The translations under genes were made by a program, and so were the position numbers. Shown in pieces: positions 26,601-38,500 of a stretch of DNA of 64,000 nucleotides; position 1 is the stretch's first letter, and each line of letters begins with the position of its first letter. Below the pieces are notes generated by a model. That model had not been told where the DNA came from. It worked only from the letters and a program-made list of their open reading frames with translations, and ran no database searches. Source of the stretch: Pecten maximus (Eukaryota); the NCBI RefSeq assembly GCF_902652985.1, contig NC_047015.1, forward strand, positions 19,096,001 through 19,160,000, written 5' to 3'.

Positions 26601-29169
26601 GACAGACCCAGATCTGTATCCATCTTAAAAGGTGTTTTAAGATACATTGAATTATTTGGTAGTAAGCGTTCACTGTTGCATATTTAAACAAAAGGAATCA
26701 ATTATCTTTGCTTGGTATGATTCATCAAATTAAATTTTATCCAGACCATGTAATCAACTGTTTGAGGCCATGGATGTTGCCAGTATTGAAGGTAGCTTAC
26801 AAACTTTGGTCACGATATTATCAACGTTTTGGCTGTCATCAACAATAATGCAGGCCAGACTCCTGAAGTCACATAAACAATTTCATTACTTTGATATTGT
26901 CTGTAAACTGAGTCTATAGATATTGTCTTAACACATTTTTATGAATGATTTATGTGAATTATCGCCCTTTTTTAATCAGACATCCAAGTATGAAGAGGAA
27001 TTTCTGTAGGCGGTGCTGTGTTCTGATGGTCCCAGGTGTGTCTGCTACAGTCCGAACTGCAGGTAATTGTCTTGCTGTATACGTTTTATAGTTCAGGTGA
27101 GATAAGGTGCTTTAGTACATCACATGACATAATACTGACTTCCCATCGCCAATTTGGCTAAACACATTGGTACTATGAGGCCATAGTGCCCTTTCCTGTG
27201 GATGCTACAAATTTGTTGTAAGATTGAATGTGAATCTGTTGTGCCGTCACTGTTACTGTTGTGATATTGGCACAGATGGTGAAAATGACAGATGCTGCAG
27301 TTATTCCTGTGCTATTCCCTGTACTATCCATTGTCCCATTTGAACACTTGTTCTACTTTGATATATTGGTGTTGTATGACACGATAAAAAAGATGGTGTC
27401 CAATTTTTGGATAATTTACAGGCTTCTGAAAATTCAAAATGTATCTAATAAATTCTACTTTTCATTATCATACGTAGGAGTGCCTTGGCAAACTCCAGTG
27501 GGGAACATTACACAGTCAAGGTACTGAAAGTACTGAATTGTCTGATGTTGATGAAACTTGGTATATAGGTTTATTATGGCAACAGTTTGAGTTTTGAATA
27601 GCTCGGTTGCCCACTCGTCATGGTAGTGAAATGGTCAAAATTGAGATGATGTGTGATTTTGCTGAAGATTGGTACATAGGGTTTTAGAATTCCATTTCTG
27701 GATTGCAAAAAATGGCCACCATTTGCTAGCTTCTGATTGGTGGAAATATAGATGTTCAATTTTGATGAAGGTGTTTGAAGGTATTATAATTTACCATATT
27801 TCACCGGTAAGCCCAGGGGGCTTAGTGCACTGAAAATGGGCAAAAGTCTGGGGTGGGCTTATCCCTGGATACGACCCTATGCAAGAGGGGGGAAATCGGC
27901 CACTATCTTGGATTGTAAGACGAAAGAGGATAGCCCCATCTACATCAATGATCTATGACCGAAATATTTCAAAAAAAAATAATACATCATTCATTCCATT
28001 CGGATATTGTCAACGAATTGCAGGTGACATAATCCTAAGTTACAAGGTTCCAAAATGTGTTCAGTCACCACACAATTTGTGAGGACAAATACAGAATGTA
28101 TGAACCATTTTCTCCTCGTTTTATTTTCACACAAGTACTTAAGGCACTAAGAACTAAGAAACATTTTGTAGAATACGTACTGGTATGTATACAATTAACA
28201 ATACTGATAAAGTCTGCATTTTGCATAGGCTATTACTTTCTTAGACTATTTGAAATTGTACATATTTGTCACATGATATCGGTTGAGCCCTAGACAAGAA
28301 TTGTGACGAGCTGTTTCGAAAACAATATTATGAGCTTGGATAGCGAGCAAGAAAAGCCAATCATGGCTTCCATGTTTACGCACATAATGTGGCACAGACA
28401 ACGGATTTGTTTATGTTATGTGAATCAAGAAAGTATAGGTTATTAATGCTGTGCATCAACTTATTGCAAACAAATAATTTCTGAATTAATACTTGAACAA
28501 ATACCTTCTGTTTGTTTGTGTATTTGAGCTAGATTAAGAGAAATACACTCGAGAAATCACATAGGAATTTTACCATGTTAATGTGTTGTCTGTTGTAGTC
28601 TCGTTTTGAAATCTACCCTGTCGATATATATAATATTCGGACCATTGGACTTTGCAATAGAAAACAAATGTTCAAAATATGAAAAAGAGATATATTCAAG
28701 TTTAAAATGTTTGATGTTATCCCCGAGCATGGGCTTATACCTGGTAAAGTATGGTAAGGAAACATTTTGTGGTGTCTTAAAGCTTCATTCGGGGGTAGTT
28801 TTGGGGACTTCTGTAAGGACTTTTCCAGTAAAACATTTATCCCAACCCAGGACTCCAGGTTTGCTTAAGGGGTACCACCCATAGAATCTATTTAATAAAT
28901 TACATAGAAGTAATAGGAAGGCAATCCATCCATGGATAGAAGTGATTTAATGTGGAGTCCGGGGGTCAGGTAGATATTTTAATGGAATAGTCCTAACAAG
29001 CCTTGTTACAATTAATGGTTGTTTATTCTCTGTTACAGGAAAGCGTGAAAAACACACAATTGTAACCTGTCTAGAGTGTAAAAGCATAAAGAGGTATCTG
29101 TGGTGTGAAAATCATAAGTTGTGGGCAGACCACCCAGAGTTGTGGCTGAAGAGGGAGGAACTTACATGA
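23689..29169 (+). CDS. RPP21: Ribonuclease P protein subunit p21 (Rpr2/Rpp21 family)
   Basis: Exons 23689-23760, 25377-25477, 26980-27062 and 29039-29169 give MGKSKDNSYVVNKEAYQRINFLYQAAHL...KFYINIMKTITKRLVLRLHPSMKRNFCRRCCVLMVPG...IVTCLECKSIKRY...*. This has the RxNFLYQAA motif and two CxxC pairs of the Rpr2 zinc ribbon. Confidence 0.95.
23825..24104. mobile_element. Nested MITE-like elements in RPP21 intron 1
   Basis: Outer inverted repeat ACCACAGGGGCTGGTAGC-GATTGTCGACC / GGTCGACAATTAGCTACCGGCCCCTGTGGT. Inner inverted repeat GGGCCGTGTTCGTTTATTGCGG (23905) / CCGCATAAACGAACAGGCCCC (~24052). Confidence 0.65.
25555..26139. mobile_element. HINE-like interspersed repeat in RPP21 intron 2 (opposite orientation to the 20380 copy)
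   Basis: Starts TTTTTAGGTCACTGAG and ends CCCATGGGCCTCTTGTT, matching the reverse complement of the 20380-20948 termini. Confidence 0.4.
27792..28756. mobile_element. Non-autonomous DNA transposon (Tc1/pogo-like TIRs, TA-flanked) in RPP21 intron 3
   Basis: TACCATATTTCACCGGTAAGCCC ... GGGCTTATACCTGGTAAAGTATGGTA form imperfect terminal inverted repeats; no intact ORF. Confidence 0.55.
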
Positions 29170-30082
29170 CTGCATGCAACAGAATTACCTAGTTGAAGGA
29201 ACATTGAGAAAGGACCTTAAAGGCTATGAAGAAAGATGGTCTCATGTGATTTGAAGACTAAACTTGGTAGTACTTTGGGAACTTGAAGGCAACCTACACC
29301 TGCTGTTTCTGGCAATGGGGCTTGAAGGCATTAGATACAATAGGCATCTGGCATGGCAACAGACATATTAGATCTTGGGATCTGGAAGGCAGCACTTAAC
29401 AGCGAACATATCTGGTCCCAGTGATGTTGAAGGCATTAGTGATTGTATAGATCTTGGAACCTTGAAGGGAAGACATAGTTGATCTCTGGACTTGAAGGCA
29501 GTACTGAATGGACATAGTTGATCTCTAGGACCTTGAAGGCAATAATAGATAATAGATTGTGGGTCAAGGGAAATTAAATGTAGACTGACTGAAGTGGATG
29601 GTGTGATATAACCCGACGTAAAGAACAGACTATGGTGTTGAACACCATAGTGAGGTCAGGGAATACTTTCTGTATACCAGGTGAGGGAATACAGACATAT
29701 TTATTTGGAGCTTTGTTATCAATTCAGACATTATTACAATGGCTCTGATTTTTATTTGTTAAATCTTCAAATATCTAGATACTGGTATTATGAAGGAATT
29801 AAATCATATCATTACAATGTACATGTATTTGTTTTGTCATTTTGGTATTCTGTGAAGCATCATGACTGTATTATACACTTCCCGTCAAAATCATCTTGAC
29901 TTCTGTTTCAGAAATAATAATGTCATGGTCAAGGATTCCTTGCAGTCAAGAATTATTATATCTGTATGTAAGCCATCTAGGGATTGGATTTTAAAACAAT
30001 GAAACACACAGTCTATCCTTTCTAAGCCATTCAATTGTGCAGTTTTTTAGTCAAGATGTTCACCAAACCACATCTTAAATTA

Positions 30083-30551
30083 CAGTCAAACCTGCTCTAA
30101 CGGCCACCTTGAATAAGCAGCCACACCTCCCTTAAGCGGCCAGTCTGTGGTCCGCCCGATGGAAAACACTATATAATGAACCTTAAATAAGCGGTCACCT
30201 GTCTAACGCGGCCAACGGCCACAAAAATCTGCCCCGAGTCGTTGTATCCTGTATTAAGCGGCCATTTTGTCCGGAAGTAGACATCCACGTTGATCACATG
30301 ACCAGGTATTTTTATCAAATTCATCAAAACTTTTATCTTTGTTGGTTTTCATTTCAAAATACACTGTACATGGTACATGGTACATTGTTATCAATATCAA
30401 TAAGTGCATTATGATATGACCAATTTAATAAACTGCTGAAAAAAAATTGGGCAACAGGCCGTTTCTGGCCAACCTGGTTTAAGCAGCCACCTGTCTTAAG
30501 CAGCCAATATCTGTCGGTCCCTTGGGTGGCCGCTTAATATAGGTTTGACTG
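30083..30551. mobile_element. Tc1/mariner-superfamily MITE
   Basis: TA|CAGTCAAACCT ... AGGTTTGACTG|TA: TIRs with TA target duplication; internal repeated TAAGCRGCCA motifs. Confidence 0.8.
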
Positions 30552-32367
30552 TACCTTCAATTCACTCCGATATATGAGTATTATCACACACTTGCTGGAG
30601 ATGGTGGCAGACTTTCAGTGTGGCTGGGAGAGCCATGAGGATGATCACTCCTGTCCCTGGAAGGCCCTCACTTTGGCACTCTATAAATAGTCATTAAAAT
30701 CCATGACATTATTATGGGTGACGGAAAGATTCATAACTAGTCCTTTTTTAACAGACCTGACAACTTTATTCTGAAGTTTGTGATTATGGATGAAACATTA
30801 TCAAATGTCCATCATTTCATCTCAGAATCCAAGCGAGTTGAATAGAGAAAGCACACTGGCTCATCCCTGGCAAAATAAGAAACCGCACAGCTCCATTAGC
30901 TAAGAAAGGTTATGGCCTCAGTCTTTACCTCATCTGCGCATGCCTGAAGTGTAAATAAATAAGCTTATGCCATGGCAAGTCATCTGTCTGACATCAACTC
31001 TTCGATTCAAATGATTTCTGCTCAATAACAAAAAGGTCCAGGGTACCGATACTGGGGTTGTAGCATGCTGAGTTATAGTACTACAAGTTTATTCAAAGGA
31101 ATTATCTTGACCTACTTTCAAGGTCTCAGAAGTCAGATGTGTTAATATCTGTAAATGGTTTCTTAATAACCAAAGGTCAGTACTGTGTAATATTGGCCTG
31201 TATCATATTGAGCATGTGTTCCTATCCTAAATGACTTCTGAAAAACCAAAAGGGCCAAGGTTCTTGCCCTGCCTATGGCATGTTGGGAAGAAGGGCTGAG
31301 AAGTTTTTTTTCAAATGAATGATCTTGATCCAAGTTTAATTTCGGTTGCTTGACGGACTCATCAAATTTGAATCGGGGTTGGTGGTATCAATGTGAATGA
31401 ATTTAGGGAAATCAATTATCTTGAACTACAAGTTCCAGTTACAAGTATGTGTAGGAGATAAGAGCCCTGACAAGATAATGCCTGAAAGGACGGAAGGACA
31501 AACACGAAAATCATAGCCCCCCCGCCCCCTCTGGGAACAGGTGGGGACTAGTAACCAAAATGCCAAGGGTACTGATATTAAGCATACGGTTTGCTGGGAT
31601 GAAGGGCTTGCAAGGATGTTCAAAGGCATGACCATTATCCAATTTCAAGGTCACAAGTCAAATGTTTGAAAAAATCTTTATAACAAGTTTCTTTTGGGTA
31701 ACAGAAAAGTCTACATCAGTAATATTTAACTGTAACCGTACAGGGTAAAATCCCAATTTTTTATTTATTTTACTTGTTATTGGGCTCCTCATAAACAAAC
31801 TAAATCTACTTTGAAACTGGGATGATTTAAATCTCCTTGTATCAAAATACATTGTATTCTGTTCTGAAGCTGGCACAGGTAGAAATTCAGGCCCAATGGG
31901 CCTCTTAGATTTTTAAGGTTTTCTTACAGTAACTTATCTCCAACAGGGACAGACGATCAATGGACCATAATATTTTGCAACATATCTTGGGCAGTTAAGA
32001 GAAAATACTAAAATCAAGGAAAAAATGGAAAACACTATGAAACCGGGGACACTTGGACAATGTATGGACCTTGTGTTTGAGTGATAAATATTAAACATGA
32101 CAATGCAGACACATCATAAATATTGCTAAATTTAGTTTGATTCAACTTTCCATATAATAACAGTCATGAGACACAAATGAGGTTATAATATTAAAATGAA
32201 ATAAATAGGAAAACACAGAACACATGGCACAATAAAAAGAAAATCATTGTCAAATAACATCTATACATATTGTATGTAATTACCAAAAACGTTTCTTGAT
32301 TATAAGAAGTACATGTACATGTATATATCAACAGTAGAACCTGTCCGTTTAGACAACACAAAATATA

Positions 32368-32802
32368 TAGAGGATATCTAACAGTGTTTTCAGTAATACC
32401 AAATATATTTCACTCGTGTGGCTAATATTTAGATATTTTTCACTCGTGCAGCACGAGTGAAAAATATCTAAATATTAGCCACACGAGTGAAATATATTTG
32501 GTATTACTGAAGACACTGTTAGATATTCTGTTTATTACATTTTTTATCAACGAAAAACCTACCCAGTATGCTAACTAGGCCTACAGCGATAATTTGTAAA
32601 CAAAAAATGTAGTTCCCCCTGTCCAGGTGCTGAGATATATGTCTGGCTTTCTGATTGGTCAATTATTTTGGTATTTTCTAATCATCAATTTGATTGGTCA
32701 AATCAGCAAAAGTGATATTTTTCACTAGTGATAAATATGATGAAAATATCACTTTTATAGAATGAATAATTTTTGATATTTCACTGGTAAAAATGTAATA
32801 AA
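32368..32802. mobile_element. Hairpin-containing DNA element with a 76-bp-arm near-perfect palindrome (32374-32526)
   Basis: Arms 32374-32449 and 32451-32526 are reverse complements with 1 mismatch around a 1-nt spacer. A second inverted pair TTTATTACATTTT / AAAATGTAATAAA bounds 32531-32802. Confidence 0.7.
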
Positions 32803-34951
32803 TACGTATTACTTTTCTCTTCTAACATGACATGCAATGCGTATAAAAGGTCTGACTTAATACTTTAATATGAATTAAAAATTATCAAAAAAAATGGTAT
32901 TTTGGGGAATTATTTCTTTATATGATTCTGTAGAAAGCTATTTTTCTTGATGGAAAATTCTGTAGAAGTTATTTTTTTTTAAATAAACTTTTCCAAATGA
33001 AGAATCTGTATATTGCACAGCTCAATTGGGATCGTGTACTCATCACAATATAGAGGATAGACTAGTCCCCTCTTACCTGTGTAACAGGCCCACAAGAACT
33101 TGGTATCGATTCCCAACCCACGGCTCATATATGTTAGCTGCGATAACGTAGCTCTGGACGACAGACGGACAATTTTTTGACAGAGAGCAGTGTAGGCAGG
33201 GTATGAATATTCGTTCTAATATATGTACGATACATATAATATGGACCATGGTTTGGTAATTTGTCCATGTGGACAAGACTAATGATATGTACCTGACAAT
33301 CAATGCTGATGACCTGATATTTCATAGATTTATCATAATGTCATGACTACCATATACAGAGAATTTAGGTTTCATAAATCTCAATAGTAGGCCTAATAGC
33401 AGAACTTGTTCAATAAATCTTTTAGTATTTCATAATTAGTTAAACAAGGACTAGAAGTTCTATATAATATGATTAAATCAATTTGCATGAAAATAATTTG
33501 GATTCTTTATAAAAAAAGTTTTCATAATTCCATAATGTGGAATAATGGATATAAACATGACTCTGTGTTATTACCTCTTTAAATGTTCTATACTGAATTC
33601 TGGAGACTTTTGAAACTTAATTGTGTAACCAACTGTACTCGACATCTGTGCTGCCAGTATTATCTAAAAGTTGTCTTAGAGAAATGTTATTGTGTATATA
33701 ATACAACAAAAACCCATAGCTGTGTAAAATTAACATGTGTCTTCCACTTCTCTAAACCAGTGGTGATAACAATGGAGAATTTGTACATCAGCCAAAGTTA
33801 CAGATAAGGTGTGCTTACATAAATGGATAAAATCACATTCAATAAAGGTCAAAACAAAACAATAAGAACAGACAGGATGAGTTGTCTATATAAAATGTTG
33901 TAACCTGAGACTGAAGGTTTCTTTGTAGGAATAGTGACTGTCCATTTCTGTATAGATAGTCAGTGTAACTAAAAACTAGATAATACCAACCACGATATGT
34001 ACCAACAACTAAAAAGCTACACAATAACAGTGACAATAAGTTGGCAAGACTTAATCTAAAGACCAGGCTAATATTGCCATATTTGATTATACATTGTATA
34101 TTGTACTCAATATGTAATATTACACATGATATGCGTTAAATTTGAAAGCTTTTGACTCTATACACATAATGTAGCTAATGCTTGCATATACTTCACCAAA
34201 AAAGTGATACTTTCGTCACTGACCACATATCAACGTATCAATGCCTGCATGTCTAATGGTGTGCTTGCTATCAAAAATACACAGGATACATTGCATATTT
34301 AATTATGTTTAAACATGAAAGCATCAAAGTGCTATTCAAACATCAAGGTATGTAGTGGATGACACATCCTACTGTAAGTGTTAATTAAAGACCATCAATT
34401 TCTCCAAGTATGTATACAGTAGATATGTAGACATCACATAACATTCCTATACTACAGGCGCTAGCCTCATCTATCGATATGATAGAACTATTGACATACA
34501 TGGCTGTGGTGAGGCATTGGCAAAATGCTTTATCACAGATGTAACACAACAGTAGCTGAAAGCCTCTTTAGTAATGAAAGACTGGTTTATACGATCTCCT
34601 GTAAATAGTACCTGGAATAGTATGATACCCAAACCCTGTCCATGAATGCTTGGTTAGTATAAACAACAAATTCCCTTACAATGAATTATGATAATCACAA
34701 GTCAATTTTAGACTTTTCAAAAATAATGTAATATTAATTTTATATTTCATAAGTTCCTGAATTATATTGAGGAACAGGGTCCAGGTTTATTGATGTGTGT
34801 GATGAATAATACACTAGAATATATCCAATGTACGAGTTGACTTTCCCTGAAACCCTAATATCATTTACTCCTGTTTGGGCTTGGCTGTTATGGACACAGT
34901 CACTATGGGAATGGTGTGTTAGATCTGCTATATTGTCGCTGAGCACCAGTG

Positions 34952-35034
34952 AGAACTGACTAGACGTATCTCCACTGTCAGGTTTTCCTGGAAAGGCTTG
35001 TTCCAGACAGCTTCATCCTGTCAGCATCAGTTCC
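34952..35034 (-). promoter_or_regulatory. Candidate SECIS element (type II-like) in the MsrB1 3' UTR
   Basis: Minus strand: helix I GGAACUGAU..GAC / GUC..GUCAGUUCU; core AUGAA (35016-35012) / GGAG (34973-34970); helix II GCUGUCUGG / CCUGACAGU; apical AA followed by a CCU-UUCC-AGG mini-stem. About 490 nt downstream of the stop. Folded by eye. Confidence 0.75.
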
Positions 35035-35524
35035 AAAAGTGTCCTCGTCATTATCACAGATCTCCTCAGGCCATCATGTCAAAACAGCCAGAAACAGCTT
35101 ACATAGAAGCTCTAACAATAAATACTCTTGTAACAGTAACTGTTATAGAAGTCTGTAAAATCTGATGTATGCCCAGTAAAAACTGATCCACATCAAAGAA
35201 ACTCTATACTATTCTCATATCATCACAATCCAGTGTTAATCAGAGAATCCTAAGTATGTGTTATTTTGTTTAACTGATCAAGTCAGGTATCAGAAATACT
35301 AAATTCAAACTTTACTTTGTAACGATTTCATTGGTACACAAATATGCCAATTTCATCAAGGCTATTATATATTGGAAATTACCTAACATTAAGACATTAA
35401 CAGAATCCATTTATTTTAATCCATAGCATTGCTAAAAGGTTTGAAGTAGAATTTCGAAGGAACTTTTGTAACGGAGTGTGTTTCTGGCTGGATTGAACAT
35501 CTAATACCTGGACTTGGGACGAGA

Positions 35525-38500
35525 TCAGCTCTCTACGGTAGGCTTTTTACGGTCTGTAATTAAAAACAGGAATAATTTAGCTTACAAGTGGTACAAACAT
35601 AACCCAGGTTTCTAGACGTAACACAGTGAATACCACTGTTTACATATAACGTAAAAAGTCTAAACAACTGTCATATAACCAGTGTCAAACAAAAGAACAG
35701 GCATGGTTAATATACAAAAACAATATTGTTTATTTACCAGTAACAGAAGTACATAAATAAGTAAACTTACTCTCATTGGTTACAAACTCCAATGAGTCAC
35801 TGAATATTCAGTATCGATTCGTGCCTTTCTTGGGTCCATCACCGAGGAACTCATGGCCCAATCCGTTTCCACACTGCCCACAGTGGATCTAAGGTGTAAA
35901 ATACAATTTATTGAAAGCTGGTGATTGACATAATTTGACTGACTTGATAATCAATTAAATTCATATAAGAAACACAAGAACTTTTAACTTAATAACTGCA
36001 TCAAGTCAACTATCACTTAAACATATGGGGCTTTCTATCACATGATGATCACAAACCATATAAATTTCTTATAATATGGTGATTATTACTACATGCAGAT
36101 TTCATTCATGTGACAAAGGAATCACACACAGATTTCATAAGCATATGGATCACATGGAGATACAATGGTGGGGAGCATTTGGAGATATCAAACATGTGGG
36201 GAGATGACACAGAGATTACATACATGTGGGGATTACATTGGGATTACATACATGTGGGAATCACATTGGGATTACATACATGTGGGGATTACATATATGT
36301 GGGGATTACATACATGTGGGGATTACATACATGTGGGGATTACATACATGTGCGGATTATATACATGTGGGAATCACATTGGGATTACATACATGTGGGG
36401 ATTACATTGGGATTACATACATGTGGGGATTACATACATGTGGGAATTACATACATGTGGGGATCACATAGGGATTACATATATGTGGGGATTACATATA
36501 TGTGGGGATCACATGGAGATTACATACATGTGGGGATTACATTGGGATTACATACATGTGGGGATCACATTGGGATTACATACATGTGGGGATCACATTG
36601 GGATTACATACATGTGGGGATCACATTGGGATTACATATATGTGGGGATTACATTGGGATTACATACATGTGGGGATCACCTGGAGATAACATACATGTG
36701 GGAATCACATTGGGATTACATACACTTAGGTAACACATAGAGATATTCCAGTGTCTCAGGCAGGTGGAAAGAAATGTTAATATGACTCTTCAATGTGGCA
36801 TGTTGTTATGGCTCTTGAATGTAATGATGGCAACTGTTTTATATGTCACCATCATAATACTACAAAGTTAAGTTGTTATATATGCCACTTATACTTAAGA
36901 GGACAAAAATATCAAAACAATCTTAAATATTCTCTATGGAGATATTTGATGAAAATACTTTAAAATCTTCATGTGATAAATTTATCATTCATTACCAATT
37001 TGTAGCAAGTTTCAATTCCTGATTGAAGAAAATTCAAGAACAATCTGAACAAATGTGATGTATTATGATGATTTTTTCTACCAGTTTATGAATTGTTGAT
37101 AACTAATGTCAAAATCACAAGATAATTCATTGGGTTATGTCCCCTTATTTTCAAACTTAATTGACTAAAATAGGAACCGATATATTCAATGATGGATATT
37201 TGCAGATACACTATTTTTTCATCAGATATAATTTACAACAAAGCATAATTATTTCTTAATTTCTCATTATTCACCTTGATGGCTGTCTTTGATTCGGGTG
37301 ACCTGCTCACAGAGTCAGGGTTGATTAGTTTGTTAAAGGCTGGCCAAGGTGATGAGTGCTCATACTTCTGTGAACTATGAAACAGTTCATTTCCACACTT
37401 CTTACATGAATACACTCCTGGAATGCAAATGAGGATTTTTAAATGGTTTTATGTTTGAATATCAAAATGATTTCTTGTAGAAGATTTTAGATACACATAA
37501 TATCATTTAAAAACATTTTTTTCTAGCTTCATGCGTTTCCCCCTGCATCTTCATCCACAGGCAAATGTCACAATAAGAAAGTATACATATAAATACATGT
37601 ACATATTACATTTATTTTAGCATACATGTATAAATGGGCTGGAACTTCTGTTTACAGTATAATATTCTTATTGTAAGTGTATGACCTGTGTTTGATCAGA
37701 GTCAGTGGTAACTGAGGTCATGAGTTCGATCCTGGGAGTGAAAACGTATTATCATATAATTCTATGCCTGTTCTACCATTCCTGTAAATCCTGGAAGTTA
37801 ATAAAAATGTTGCTTTCCTCATGCCTTTTTGTCCTTTTTCTTTCATTCTGGTGAACTGGTTTATTTTTTTAATTTTTATTTCCTTTCTTTTTTTTTCCAT
37901 CCCCATGCACTCCATGTAATCTTCCATATAATCTACTAGAAATTTGAAGGTCTGCAGGTGAAATAATAATGATACTGTAAGTCACAGTCATTATTAGCAG
38001 TCCCACTACTACCAGGAAGTAGGCCTAGCGAGTTCTGTGGTATTTTTCCTATATAAATTTAGCTATTGTTTGTGACATAGCTTTCTTCCCGACAAATGGT
38101 CTTCTTCTTCCATTTAGAGAATAGACTCATAGAAAAGAGTGTGTAACATCCCTCCTGGGCGCATGTGCAGAAAAAGTATATAATATATATATATATATCA
38201 ACATTTCTTTTTTTTGGTGGGGATTTTTTTTATATAAAAACGTCAACATGTACAATTTAAAAGAAGAGGATGGTTGTTATGAATTATGGAGGTTGGCAAA
38301 CCTGTTTAACTAGTCTGGTTTTGAAAGAGGAGAGATCATAGAATGTTAATGCTAGTGACTATGTCATTGGGTAGATTATTCCAGCTAATGATGCTGCATG
38401 GAAAGAATGTGTATTTAAAGGTCTGTATGTGATTGTATTTGTTTGAATTGATGTGACCCTTGTGTTCTTAGTTAGATTGTGTCAAAATATGTTCTGTGGG

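Noticed and set aside
35321-35360. Second SECIS-like AUGAA hairpin in the MsrB1 UTR
   Set aside because: Stem too short, no apical AA and no proper 3' GA core.
36110-36740. His/Gly/Trp-rich ORFs up to 207 aa
   Set aside because: Frames of an intronic minisatellite antisense to MsrB1.
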